The notes under the pieces are model-generated. The model was not told the DNA's origin, did not search any database, and worked only from the letters and a program-made list of their open reading frames with translations. Both the position numbers and the translations under genes were made by a program. A DNA stretch of 40,810 bases from a virus, in the IMG/VR virus record IMGVR_UViG_3300035156_000145, positions 1 through 40,810 of that record. One strand, written 5' to 3'. Shown here piece after piece: positions 6,734 through 15,227 of this stretch (position 1 is the stretch's first letter; every line of letters begins with the position of its first letter).

Positions 6734-6876
6734 AAGCCATCCCGCGCATCAAGACAGTATCGCGCCACAGCCTGCCGCGCCGCATCTTTCGCGCAATGGA
6801 GCGCTCCTGGCTTCCGGCAATTCTGGTTTACGCATTCATTTTTGCGGCTATAGCGGCTGCGAGCTTCCCGGAGTAG
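6730..6876 (+). CDS. Small membrane peptide (48 aa)
   Basis: ATG 6730 overlaps the upstream stop. C-terminal TM segment WLPAILVYAFIFAAIAAASF. Confidence 0.4.
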   Translation: MKAIPRIKTVSRHSLPRRIFRAMERSWLPAILVYAFIFAAIAAASFPE

Positions 6877-6879
6877 GCC

Positions 6880-7080
6880 ATGAACACACGACTATCGCAA
6901 GACGCAGCCGACACGCTGCACGCCTACGAAGCGCAGCAGGCATTCCGCGAACGTGAGCGCGCCAGGTGGGCGAGGGCGCAGCCGCCGAAGATTGTCGGTC
7001 GCGTCGTGTTCCCCGAGCTGACACAGCAGGAGCACATAGAACGCGAGCAGCAGATTAACGAGGGATTGATTCCCTTCTGA
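6880..7080 (+). CDS. Hypothetical protein (66 aa)
   Basis: ORF in operon register. Confidence 0.5.
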   Translation: MNTRLSQDAADTLHAYEAQQAFRERERARWARAQPPKIVGRVVFPELTQQEHIEREQQINEGLIPF

Positions 7081-7106
7081 TTCACCCAACCACCTAGGCA
7101 GAGCAA

Positions 7107-7676
7107 ATGAAAACCTCCGACAGCATCAGTAACATCGCTGGCGCGCTACTCAAGGCGCAGCAAGAAATCACCTTCGCAGCGAAGGACAGCAAGAACCCGG
7201 CGTTTAAGTCGACCTACGCCAATCTGGAATCAGTCATCGAAGCCATCAAAGGGCCGCTGAACGCGCACGGCATCGTCTTCATGCAGACGTTCTCCCCATC
7301 GGCTCCCGGCTTCCTGGCGCTGTCTACGCGCTTGCTGCATACCTCCGGCGAGTGGATCGAGGACGAAATGACCGTGCCGCTGCAGAAAAACGATGCGCAG
7401 GGTTACGGCAGCGCCGCCACCTACAGCCGCCGCTATGCACTGGCCGCGATCACCGGGCTGTATCAGGCCGACGATGACGGGCAGGAAGCCGCCAAGCCGC
7501 GCGCCGAGCCTGCGATTGACCTGATGCCTATGCTCGCCAAGCTCGATAGCTGCGAATCCATTGGAGGCTTGAAGCTGGCATTTGGCGAAGTGTGGAAGGA
7601 AAGCCGGGGCCACGCGAGCATCAAAGCGCACTACGAAAAATTGAAGGCCCAACTCACCGAAGGAGTACCAGCATGA
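7107..7676 (+). CDS. erf: ERF-family single-strand annealing recombinase
   Basis: ERF signatures: NPAFKSTYANLESV and GSAATYSRRYALAAITG. Immediately upstream of ssb. Confidence 0.85.
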   Translation: MKTSDSISNIAGALLKAQQEITFAAKDSKNPAFKSTYANLESVIEAIKGPLNAHGIVFMQTFSPSAPGFLALSTRLLHTSGEWIEDEMTVPLQKNDAQGYGSAATYSRRYALAAITGLYQADDDGQEAAKPRAEPAIDLMPMLAKLDSCESIGGLKLAFGEVWKESRGHASIKAHYEKLKAQLTEGVPA

Positions 7677-8119
7677 ACAACATCACCATTGCAGGCCAGC
7701 TCGGCAAGGATTGCGAAAGCCGCTTTTTACCAAATGGCGATGCCGTCACGAGTTTTAGCGTGGCAGACAGCCAGGGGCGAGACAAGCCCACCATCTGGTG
7801 GAACTGCTCAATCTTCGGAAAGCGCGGCGAAGCTCTCGCCCAATACCTGACCAAAGGCCAAGCCGTGACCGTGGGCGGCTCCATCAGCGAGCGCGAATGG
7901 ACCGACAAGGACGGCAACAAGCGCAAGAGCATGGATATCCGCGTGGCTGACGTTGCTTTGCAAGGCGGCAAGCGCGAGGCGTCCGGGACCGAGGGCTACC
8001 AGGGCGGTACGGGGCAACGTGATGCAGCCGCACCAGCACCGAAGGGATATCAGGGCGCGCGCCCCGGCCCTAAGCCTGCGCCGAACTTCTCCGACATGGA
8101 CGACGACATCCCTTTTTGA
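7673..8119 (+). CDS. ssb: Single-stranded DNA-binding protein
   Basis: OB-fold N-terminus MNNITIAGQLGKDCESRFLPNGDAV, Gly/Pro-rich linker and acidic tip DMDDDIPF. ATG 7673 overlaps the erf stop. Confidence 0.9.
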   Translation: MNNITIAGQLGKDCESRFLPNGDAVTSFSVADSQGRDKPTIWWNCSIFGKRGEALAQYLTKGQAVTVGGSISEREWTDKDGNKRKSMDIRVADVALQGGKREASGTEGYQGGTGQRDAAAPAPKGYQGARPGPKPAPNFSDMDDDIPF

Positions 8120-8155
8120 TAACTAGGAGGGGCGGGGTAACTCCCGCCAGCGAAC

Positions 8156-8458
8156 ATGATCGACCTGACCAAAATTGACGATGACACGCTGATGGCCCGA
8201 GGGTCGTATGCGACCGTCCGAGGCGCGTTTGAGGACGAAAAGAAGAACCTGTCCATGCTGTGCGGCGAACTGTCCTCGACTTCCTCCAAGGTGCTGCGCA
8301 CGATGCAGCCGGATAACGACGCCTTGCCGGTGAGCGTGGATACGCTGATTGGGGCTGCGCGCCTGACGCTGGATGCAATCGAAGCGTGCGCAAAGCGTAT
8401 CGAGAGCCTGGCGCAGCAGAAGCACGATCTGAAAAGCCAGGCGTGGGGCCGCAAGTGA
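8156..8458 (+). CDS. Hypothetical protein (100 aa)
   Basis: ORF in operon register. Confidence 0.55.
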   Translation: MIDLTKIDDDTLMARGSYATVRGAFEDEKKNLSMLCGELSSTSSKVLRTMQPDNDALPVSVDTLIGAARLTLDAIEACAKRIESLAQQKHDLKSQAWGRK

Positions 8459-8850
8459 CCAAGCGCACATTCATCCTATCGCACATGGAAGCGCGCCGCA
8501 ATGCTGCCAACCATTGCCTGAATGCTCCTGATGGGCAGGTTGTCCGGTTTAGCGACCCTACTCGCAGCCTTGAGCAAAACGCGAAGATGCATGCGGTCTT
8601 TAGCGACATTGCTGCCCAAGCTAAGTATCTCGGGCGCTCGCTTTCGATGCCTCAATGGAAAACGTTGCTGATATCGGGGCACGCGGTCGCTACTGGCTTG
8701 GGCGTGGATATGGTTCCCGGCATCGAAGGGGAGTTCGTCAATATCCGCGAGAGCAGCGCGAACATGAGCGTAGGGCGCATGTCGAGCGTGATCGAATATT
8801 CCCTGGCATTCGGGGCAATGAATGGCGTGATCTTCGGGAGCGAATCATGA
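8455..8850 (+). CDS. ninB: NinB (Orf-family) recombination mediator
   Basis: Aligns by eye with lambda NinB: TKRTFIL...RSLEQNAKMHAVFSDIAAQ versus KKLTFEI...RSLDQNRKLWACLGDVSRQ. GTG start overlaps the upstream stop. Confidence 0.75.
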   Translation: MTKRTFILSHMEARRNAANHCLNAPDGQVVRFSDPTRSLEQNAKMHAVFSDIAAQAKYLGRSLSMPQWKTLLISGHAVATGLGVDMVPGIEGEFVNIRESSANMSVGRMSSVIEYSLAFGAMNGVIFGSES

Positions 8851-9194
8851 ACCTGCACATACCAGTCTTCAACCCTGTGCCGATCCCGGAGCATGGCCCG
8901 ATGGGATCGACCGAACTGGTGGCGTTGACCGGTTCGAAGATGAACACGATCCGCGAGTACATGAGCAAGCTTGTGAACGAGGGGCGCGCTTTATCGGAAC
9001 TGATCGCCAATCCGGTAAATGGTGGCAGAACTGTAATGGCGATCTATAGCGTAGGAGATGGAACGATTCCCCAAAAAGGCGAGGTAGCCAAGCGGGAGAC
9101 GGTGACGCAATACCCGCTGCACCACGTACGTGACTCCCTTGTCACTGCACTTTTCGGCCCCGCAAAACAACAACACGGAGACTTGACCAAATGA
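8847..9194 (+). CDS. Hypothetical protein (115 aa), winged-helix-like
   Basis: ATGA overlap. STELVALTGSKMNTIREYMSKLVNEGR...AIYSVG resembles the product of 12717-13019. Confidence 0.5.
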   Translation: MNLHIPVFNPVPIPEHGPMGSTELVALTGSKMNTIREYMSKLVNEGRALSELIANPVNGGRTVMAIYSVGDGTIPQKGEVAKRETVTQYPLHHVRDSLVTALFGPAKQQHGDLTK

Positions 9195-9964
9195 CCCTGA
9201 ACGAAGCAATGACCGCATACGCCGTCAGCCCGACCGAAGCGAACAAGATGGCGATTGTTGACACTGTAGCGCCTGAGTTGCGCGCACAGATCAAGGATAT
9301 GGCCGCCTGCATCGCCAAGCAGCAAGCGAGCCTGGTAGCCGCGAAACGGGAGTTGGATGCCGCGCTGGATCAGCCTGTGCCGAGCTTGCGCGCTGATGAA
9401 TTGCGGGCTGCGCTGTGCAGGGCGGCCACTGATTGCGGCCACTTCATCAGTACCGACGAGATGACTCTTTGCCGCGTCCCCGGGCAAGGCGGAAATGCAC
9501 TTTCCCAACTGCTTGACCGCCTTGTTGCCGCAGTTTCCGCCGCCGCGCCTGCGCCCATCCAGAGCGCCGAATTGGCCGAAATGGCACAGGTAATCGCGTT
9601 CCTCAACGGCGAAGGTCCGCTGGATGGATTCCACTTTGGTGACAGCGATACCGCACGCCCTCGCGCCCGCTACTGGTGGCGCAAACCGATGATGGCAGCA
9701 TGGCGCGCCCTCGCATCCCCTGCCGCAGCCCCTAAGCAGGCCAGCAGCGACGTAAACATGGCTAGTGGCTGGTGTATCGAGCGTGGGCCAGCATTGGCCC
9801 CGAACTATCTGCACGTGAACGGCGGTCTGCTGAACTGGACGCCTGACCACATGAAAGCCATGCGTTTTGCGCGCCGCGCTGACGCCGAACAGATCACGGA
9901 CATCGTAGAAGATGCCGACCGCATTGCGGAGCATGTGTGGACCAGCGAAGGGAGTCAGCAATGA
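9191..9964 (+). CDS. Hypothetical protein (257 aa)
   Basis: Long ORF in operon register with coupled starts and stops. No motifs recognised. Confidence 0.65.
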   Translation: MTLNEAMTAYAVSPTEANKMAIVDTVAPELRAQIKDMAACIAKQQASLVAAKRELDAALDQPVPSLRADELRAALCRAATDCGHFISTDEMTLCRVPGQGGNALSQLLDRLVAAVSAAAPAPIQSAELAEMAQVIAFLNGEGPLDGFHFGDSDTARPRARYWWRKPMMAAWRALASPAAAPKQASSDVNMASGWCIERGPALAPNYLHVNGGLLNWTPDHMKAMRFARRADAEQITDIVEDADRIAEHVWTSEGSQQ

Positions 9965-10296
9965 ACCTGCAATATATGGGGGCCAAGGAAGCGTCCGACA
10001 ACATCAACACGATGAACGTCGAGCTGAGCGATTTTGATATCAAGGCTGCGCTCATCAATGCGCTTGACCGGATTGCACAACTTGAAAAACTTCTCGCCTC
10101 AGCAGGTGGACAGTCCGAGCAAGAGCAGGCCAAGCCGACCGACTTGCAGGCGGCGATTATGGATCTTCCGTGCGAGCCGACTTACACCATCAAAATCAAC
10201 GTCATTTCGTACACCAAGGGTTTCCGCGAGGCGCAAAAGGCCGCCGCCGAACTGGTCGCCCGCCACCTTGGCGCTACTCCAGCGCAGGAAGGCTGA
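9961..10296 (+). CDS. Hypothetical protein (111 aa)
   Basis: ATG 9961 overlaps the upstream stop. Confidence 0.55.
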   Translation: MNLQYMGAKEASDNINTMNVELSDFDIKAALINALDRIAQLEKLLASAGGQSEQEQAKPTDLQAAIMDLPCEPTYTIKINVISYTKGFREAQKAAAELVARHLGATPAQEG

Positions 10297-10299
10297 GCC

Positions 10300-10425
10300 A
10301 TGAGCGACTTCTACCGCCGACTTCATGCAGCAATGCGCGAGCAGGTATCGATAGGGCACCAATTTTCGGCCCAATGGAGCGCTATGACAGCGTGGCAACG
10401 TAAATTTAAGAAGGACTCGAAATGA
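10300..10425 (+). CDS. Small hypothetical protein (41 aa), below ORF-track cutoff
   Basis: Hand translation MSDFYRRLHAAMREQVSIGHQFSAQWSAMTAWQRKFKKDSK. Its stop overlaps the next ATG (ATGA). Confidence 0.4.
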   Translation: MSDFYRRLHAAMREQVSIGHQFSAQWSAMTAWQRKFKKDSK

Positions 10426-11741
10426 CCCAACCTACCACCCCACCCGATACCGTGACAGTGCTGCGGGACATTGCCCGCATGTTGGATGGCTACGCCGAAT
10501 CCTACGATGCTATGGCGCGCCAGAACAAAGCTGACCCCAAGGTGTGCATGAGCAGTGTGGCCGCCGACATCCGGCAGAACATGGCCGACTATGTACGCGG
10601 CAAGATCAAGTCAGCCCGCGCAGCTATTCAACCTGCTGGCGATTACCCATATGACGCGCTGTTTCAGGCCATCGGGGATTCGCTTGATAGCACAGTGAAA
10701 ATTGCAGGCACTGGATTTTCCATATCGGTAAAAGCGTTTGTCGAGTCGATCCGCTCCAAAGGATTTGATATCGTTGCCGCCGCGCCAGTCTGCACACCTG
10801 TGCAAGCTGCGCCCGAGTTGACGCCAGGGTCGCCGTTCATGGTCAACATGGATTCGATGCTGCGCCACGCTGAGTCGTTCGGCAACGGTGATATCTCGAC
10901 TAAGTTCGTGCGCGCCCTGATCCTAAAGCATCAGGCGGCTGTGCAAGCTGCGCCACATGACCGGCAACACATGAGCCACGCTGAAATGCTGGCATTGTGC
11001 GCACCCGAGGTCAAACAGGATGCGAGCGCGCTGCCGCCGCTGCCTGAGCCGGAGTACGACTACTACGAAATCAAGGGCTACGACGAGGGGCAGATGCACG
11101 CCTACGTGCTGGCCGACCGTGCAGCCCGTCAGCCGAGCGCTGTTGATCTGCTTGCTGCCGTGTTTGACGCATGGGAGAACGGCGACGACTGCTACGAGGA
11201 AGGCGATGTGGACGGCAGTTATATGGGCAAAGCATTCCGGCTCGATGATGATGTATATGCCCAATGCTGCGACCTGCTGAACCGCGCCAACCCGCCGCGC
11301 AATGCTTCTGCGTACAGCGACCACGACGCCCGCGTATTGAAATTGGCACTGGAGAATCTGCTGTCGAATTCCATGCCAATGCCAATGATGAGCGCAAAGG
11401 AATTTAATGCTGCTGCGGTTGCTCATCGTGAGGCGACCGCCAAAGCACGCGCCGCACTCGACGCTCTTGCCGCTCGCTCGCCAGTTGCAGCGCCCACCGA
11501 AGCGCCCGATAGCGTCACGTACACCGTTGATGGCGTCCGCATGTCGCCTCTCGAATACATCAGCCACTTGCACGGGCTGCTGAAACCGGCCACACCGGAG
11601 AGCGCCGAGCGGAGCGCGGTCTGGTGCGACTATTGCGGCGTTGATCGCAGCAAGGAATTCTGCCCGCTCAAAGGAGGCCAAATGTGCCAGTTCGTCAGCA
11701 CGGCTCTTGCCACCAGTAGCGCAGCGAAGGGGGCGGCGTAA
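10422..11741 (+). CDS. Large early ORFan (439 aa) with C-terminal Cys cluster
   Basis: Longest early ORF. No recognisable catalytic motifs. C-terminal WCDYCGVDRSKEFCPLKGGQMC. Confidence 0.7.
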   Translation: MTQPTTPPDTVTVLRDIARMLDGYAESYDAMARQNKADPKVCMSSVAADIRQNMADYVRGKIKSARAAIQPAGDYPYDALFQAIGDSLDSTVKIAGTGFSISVKAFVESIRSKGFDIVAAAPVCTPVQAAPELTPGSPFMVNMDSMLRHAESFGNGDISTKFVRALILKHQAAVQAAPHDRQHMSHAEMLALCAPEVKQDASALPPLPEPEYDYYEIKGYDEGQMHAYVLADRAARQPSAVDLLAAVFDAWENGDDCYEEGDVDGSYMGKAFRLDDDVYAQCCDLLNRANPPRNASAYSDHDARVLKLALENLLSNSMPMPMMSAKEFNAAAVAHREATAKARAALDALAARSPVAAPTEAPDSVTYTVDGVRMSPLEYISHLHGLLKPATPESAERSAVWCDYCGVDRSKEFCPLKGGQMCQFVSTALATSSAAKGAA

Positions 11742-11932
11742 TGCGCGTCTTTCGATGGCTGCTGAAATTTCGAGCTTGCAAGCACGAATTCGACTACATG
11801 AAGGATATGACCCGTCGTGACGAGTCGGGCAACGTGTCTTGCCGCTGTCATAAGTGCGGCGAGGTTTTCAAAGCAGAATGCGGAATAGATTTGCCTGGGC
11901 GCCTCGTTCAACTACCAAAGGAACCGACATGA
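11741..11932 (+). CDS. Small zinc-ribbon-like protein (63 aa)
   Basis: CKHEF...CRCHKCGEVFKAEC pattern. Confidence 0.5.
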   Translation: MRVFRWLLKFRACKHEFDYMKDMTRRDESGNVSCRCHKCGEVFKAECGIDLPGRLVQLPKEPT

Positions 11933-12720
11933 ACAATCCCGCACCAACAAGCGCCGAGCAAGCCGCATTCGAAGCATGGGCTGAACCGCAAGGCTTTGAC
12001 CTGCGCCGCCCGAATAAGTCCTACCTGAACACCGTATGCGATTACGCTTGGCAAGGCTGGCAAGCGCGTGCAGCAATGCAAACCGCCGAGCCTGTGAACG
12101 TGAAGGCCATCGCCAAAGCCGCATTCGACCAGGTAATCACCGACTCGTGCGAGGACGGCGACGCGCAGACCAATGAGGACTTCTACTCAGGGAAGGTAGC
12201 CGGGATTCTTGCAATGAAAATGGCGGTCGAGCAAAGCCAAGCCGGCCCGGATCGCGCACCGAGCATTGCCCCTGAAGCTTCTGACGCCGACACGCTGAGC
12301 GCGCTTCTGTGGCTCTACCATCGTCTGCCGCATGGCTATGAGCGCCAGGAGCACATCGAGCGCACCATCAAGGCGCTGGCCGCCAAGACCGGCACCGACG
12401 TTGAATCGTGCTTGACCGAGCGCGCACCGAGCATTGACAGCGCGGCAGATGCGAAGGACTGGCGCAATGTCGACGAGTGCCTGCCGGAGTTCGACGTTCC
12501 TGTATGGCTATTTGAGCCGGGGCGCAATATCTGGATCGGGGCGCGCTCACACGAAGTCGAGGGGTGGCTGTGGGGGAACTGCTATGGCGCAGCCTACAGC
12601 CGACCGGATGGCACGTGGGACAGCGACACGAACGAGTGCGACGACGATTACCAGCCTACCCACTGGATGCCATTGCCCGGAGTTCCGGCTATCGCTGCAT
12701 TGCAGCCAGAGGGGGAATGA
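11929..12720 (+). CDS. DUF551-domain protein (second paralogue, 263 aa)
   Basis: C-terminal WRNVDECLPEFDVPVWLF...THWMPLPGVP. ATG 11929 overlaps the upstream stop. Confidence 0.7.
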   Translation: MNNPAPTSAEQAAFEAWAEPQGFDLRRPNKSYLNTVCDYAWQGWQARAAMQTAEPVNVKAIAKAAFDQVITDSCEDGDAQTNEDFYSGKVAGILAMKMAVEQSQAGPDRAPSIAPEASDADTLSALLWLYHRLPHGYERQEHIERTIKALAAKTGTDVESCLTERAPSIDSAADAKDWRNVDECLPEFDVPVWLFEPGRNIWIGARSHEVEGWLWGNCYGAAYSRPDGTWDSDTNECDDDYQPTHWMPLPGVPAIAALQPEGE

Positions 12721-13019
12721 TGGGCAGCTATGGAAGCATGACGTTCGCCTCCATGAGGGCAGAGGCAAAATTAAAACGGATTGAGGCGGCCCTAACAGGT
12801 GCTTCGATGACTGCGAGCCAATTGGGTGACGCTTTGTTTATGTCGCCAACCACAGCAAAAATATACCTGCAATATCTTATGAGCGAGCCGAAGCGAGTCT
12901 ACATAATTTCGTGGATTCACTGGGGGAAGGGTCGTGCTGCCGCGATTTATACAGCAGGGAATAAACAGGACACACCAGAGCGCACCGCCGCGCGAGACAA
13001 GAATGGTGGCCCTAAATGA
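12717..13019 (+). CDS. Hypothetical winged-helix-like protein (100 aa)
   Basis: MTASQLGDALFMSPTTAKIYLQYLMSE...AAIYTAG. AT-richer than its neighbours. Confidence 0.5.
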   Translation: MMGSYGSMTFASMRAEAKLKRIEAALTGASMTASQLGDALFMSPTTAKIYLQYLMSEPKRVYIISWIHWGKGRAAAIYTAGNKQDTPERTAARDKNGGPK

Positions 13020-13198
13020 GCTGGCCCATGATGCCTGAGCCGCAAGTTAAGCGTTTAATCGCTGGGTTCTTCGCGCGTACCAATGGCGGAAAAAAGTGGC
13101 AAGCGGCAGTAATTCGCAGCCTAATCAACGAGATATTCGCTCAGGGCTACGCCACTGGGCGCCAAGAGATAAGAGGGAAAGACAATGCCGAAGGCTAA
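13016..13198 (+). CDS. Hypothetical protein (60 aa)
   Basis: Coupled start (ATGA). Confidence 0.45.
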   Translation: MSWPMMPEPQVKRLIAGFFARTNGGKKWQAAVIRSLINEIFAQGYATGRQEIRGKDNAEG

Positions 13199-13388
13199 AT
13201 ACAAGCAGCGCATCGACAATGAGGGATTTGACATCCCATCAGGCGAAGTGTACCGGATGGCCTGCTGTGACTGCGACCTAGTGCATGACATGGTGTTTGT
13301 GTCTGGCGATGGCCAGCCCATTGGAGTAGCCGCTCGGAGAAATAACCGCGCGACGGCGCAACGTCGCCGGGGGCGTTATGGCAAATGA
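13185..13388 (+). CDS. Hypothetical protein (67 aa), Cys-rich with basic tail
   Basis: ORF with a GGGAAAG RBS region and an MACCDCDLVHD motif. Confidence 0.5.
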   Translation: MPKAKYKQRIDNEGFDIPSGEVYRMACCDCDLVHDMVFVSGDGQPIGVAARRNNRATAQRRRGRYGK

Positions 13389-13722
13389 AGCAGGCAAGGG
13401 CGACGATCCGCGCCCGATGGCGATCACGCGCGACGAGTTCAACAGCAATTGGGACAAGGCTTTCGCCAACGTCCCGCTTATTTGCACGGCATGCAATACC
13501 GAGCCTTGCGATTGCCAGGGAACCGAGGACGGGCCGGGGCAGGATGAGGCTGAGAGGTGGCCACATGACCACCACCCTAGAAGTGATACGAATCAATCGC
13601 TTAGCGCTGAAAAGGGTGCGAGTGACCACCAGCAGGTGGCCACCATTCCGGGGCAGGATGAGGCGAGCAAGGAAGTTAAGACGCATTACGAGCGGCGCAG
13701 GTTTGATAGGGAGGGTGTATGA
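13378..13722 (+). CDS. Hypothetical protein (114 aa)
   Basis: ORF in operon register. CTACNTEPCDC motif. Confidence 0.5.
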   Translation: MANEAGKGDDPRPMAITRDEFNSNWDKAFANVPLICTACNTEPCDCQGTEDGPGQDEAERWPHDHHPRSDTNQSLSAEKGASDHQQVATIPGQDEASKEVKTHYERRRFDREGV

Positions 13723-13964
13723 GTGCAGAAGAAATGCTTGCAGCTTTGCTTAAAAAGCTGTCGGAGCCGGCAGCTTTGCCGGTTGCAGTGGACTTGTGGG
13801 ATACAAAGCACATCGCAGCTTACCTGAAGCGCTCACTGTTCACCGTGCAAACGCGCATCGTCGTGCTGCCAACCTTTCCGGCGCCGATCCGGCTTCCGGT
13901 CGAGGGCAAGTCGCAGGCGCTATATAAGGCGCGCGAAGTGGTGAAGTGGGCTGAAAGCCAGTGA
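13719..13964 (+). CDS. xis: Excisionase / AlpA-like DNA-binding protein
   Basis: LWDTKHIAAYLKRSLFTVQTRIVVLPTFPAPIRLP...YKAREVVKW pattern of AlpA/Xis HTH proteins. Adjacent to the integrase. Confidence 0.7.
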   Translation: MSAEEMLAALLKKLSEPAALPVAVDLWDTKHIAAYLKRSLFTVQTRIVVLPTFPAPIRLPVEGKSQALYKAREVVKWAESQ

Positions 13965-13974
13965 TTCGGGGGTG

Positions 13975-14011
13975 TTCCCGGAAAAACCGGGATTCCCGGG
14001 GAATCCGGGAA
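13975..14011. terminator. Two tandem TTCCCGG/CCGGGAA hairpins between convergent xis and int (bidirectional terminator candidate)
   Basis: Read directly: ttcccgg-aaaaa-ccggga followed by ttcccgg-ggaat-ccgggaa. Confidence 0.5.
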
Positions 14012-14021
14012 ACTCCACAAA

Positions 14022-14999
14022 TCACAATTTTCCGGCGATATCCTCGGCTGATTCGTTGTAATAGATCATCAGCTTGCGGATATCCTTGTGCCCCACCATG
14101 CGCGCCAAGTCGAGAACATGCAGTTTCTTGGCTAGGCGCGTAATCGCTTCGTGGCGCGTATCGTGAAAGGTCATATCTTCGATCTTGGTTCGATCCCTGC
14201 GCGCAGTCCTGAACATCGCATCCAGTGACGCCGCCGTGATACCGAAGCCGTCTGGCACAAGCTTCAATATCTGAATGGCGCGAGGGGAGAGCGGTACATC
14301 GCGGGACTCGCCATTCTTGTTGATCGTCTCGGGGAGGTGAGCAACGCGCCCTTTAATCCAATCCGGCTGTAACGCACAAATCTCGCCGGCGCGCATCCCC
14401 GTTTCAATGGCGAACAGGAAGGCAGCGGCAATGCTCTGCTGCTTCGTAACTGGCGCCCGCTCACGCCACCCGAGCGCATGGCATATCTCTTTGATTTCCG
14501 CTTCGCTGATGCGCCGGAATCGAGGTTTGTTTCCCTTGGGGCGCTTTACATCTGTCGTCGGACTGCCTACGATCCATTTCCATTCTTTGCGCGCCACAGT
14601 GAACACGTTGGACATCAGGTTCATTTCGCGCTGAACGGTTGATCCTTGCACTGCGCGAATATCGGGGTCAGTAGGGTGTAGGCGCTCATCGCGCCAAGCG
14701 GCCACGTGGGAGGCGTCAACGTCCCGCATCCTCACATCACCCAAGGGTGTTCGCCCGAATGCCGCCAGGCGCAACGATTCCCACCTATGCCCCTTCTTTT
14801 TCTTCGATACTTCGCGCTCGTACTTCTCGAAAGCGTCCCTACAGGTTTGCGTGGTTGCGCCGCCTCCGGCGCTTGCTGTGCGCTGGCTGGCTTCCCATGC
14901 AAGTGCTGCTGCCTTGGTGTCGAAGGTGCCGGACGTGCGCTTGCCCTTCACCATAACCCGGTGCTGCCACTTTCCATCAACCTTGCGCGGTGCCGCCAT
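14022..14999 (-). CDS. int: Tyrosine site-specific integrase
   Basis: Catalytic-domain signatures: ETGMRAGEI, HDTRHEAITRLA and MVGHKDIRKLMIYY. Flanked by the attP-like region. Confidence 0.9.
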   Translation of the reverse strand: MAAPRKVDGKWQHRVMVKGKRTSGTFDTKAAALAWEASQRTASAGGGATTQTCRDAFEKYEREVSKKKKGHRWESLRLAAFGRTPLGDVRMRDVDASHVAAWRDERLHPTDPDIRAVQGSTVQREMNLMSNVFTVARKEWKWIVGSPTTDVKRPKGNKPRFRRISEAEIKEICHALGWRERAPVTKQQSIAAAFLFAIETGMRAGEICALQPDWIKGRVAHLPETINKNGESRDVPLSPRAIQILKLVPDGFGITAASLDAMFRTARRDRTKIEDMTFHDTRHEAITRLAKKLHVLDLARMVGHKDIRKLMIYYNESAEDIAGKL

Positions 15000-15011
15000 T
15001 TGCCAAATCCC

Positions 15012-15028
15012 TTGCCAATTTTTGGCAA
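15012..15028. repeat. Perfect inverted repeat TTGCCAA-ttt-TTGGCAA (candidate integrase arm-type/accessory site)
   Basis: Read directly. Related GGCAAAT copies lie nearby. Confidence 0.5.
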
Positions 15029-15057
15029 ATCATAGCAAAGAAAGGCAAATTTTCTAA
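15029..15057 (-). promoter_or_regulatory. Candidate int promoter TTAGAA-N17-TATGAT
   Basis: Hexamers read on the minus strand, 30 nt upstream of the int ATG. Confidence 0.3.
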
Positions 15058-15081
15058 ATGTTTTACTAAAAACGCAGGCGT

Positions 15082-15123
15082 AAAAAAACCTTGCTTTACC
15101 AATGAAAACAGGCATAAGCAAGG
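15082..15123 (-). terminator. Rho-independent terminator closing the late operon
   Basis: Minus strand: CCTTGCTT-(19 nt loop)-AAGCAAGG followed by TTTTTTT. Confidence 0.65.
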
Positions 15124-15151
15124 CTTATCAAATACAAGCAATTTCTTGTTC

Positions 15152-15172
15152 TGGTGCCCGGAACCGGAATCG
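15152..15172. other. Candidate attP core resembling the 3' end of a tRNA gene
   Basis: The reverse complement CGATTCCGGTTCCGGGCACCA reads as T-loop end, T-stem CCGGT, acceptor strand TCCGGGC, discriminator A and CCA. Confidence 0.5.
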
Positions 15173-15227
15173 TGTATTGATATATATCAATGACTTGCGG
15201 CGAAAAATGGCAAACCACTGCCAGAAA

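Larger units (their letters stand above)
15000..15227. mobile_element. attP region (AT-rich, repeat-dense, between int and the end of the late operon)
   Basis: 228-bp non-coding AT-rich gap. GGCAAA(T/C) / TTGCC motifs occur at 15000, 15012, 15024, 15044 and 15209, with palindromes and a tRNA-3'-end-like core. Confidence 0.7.
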
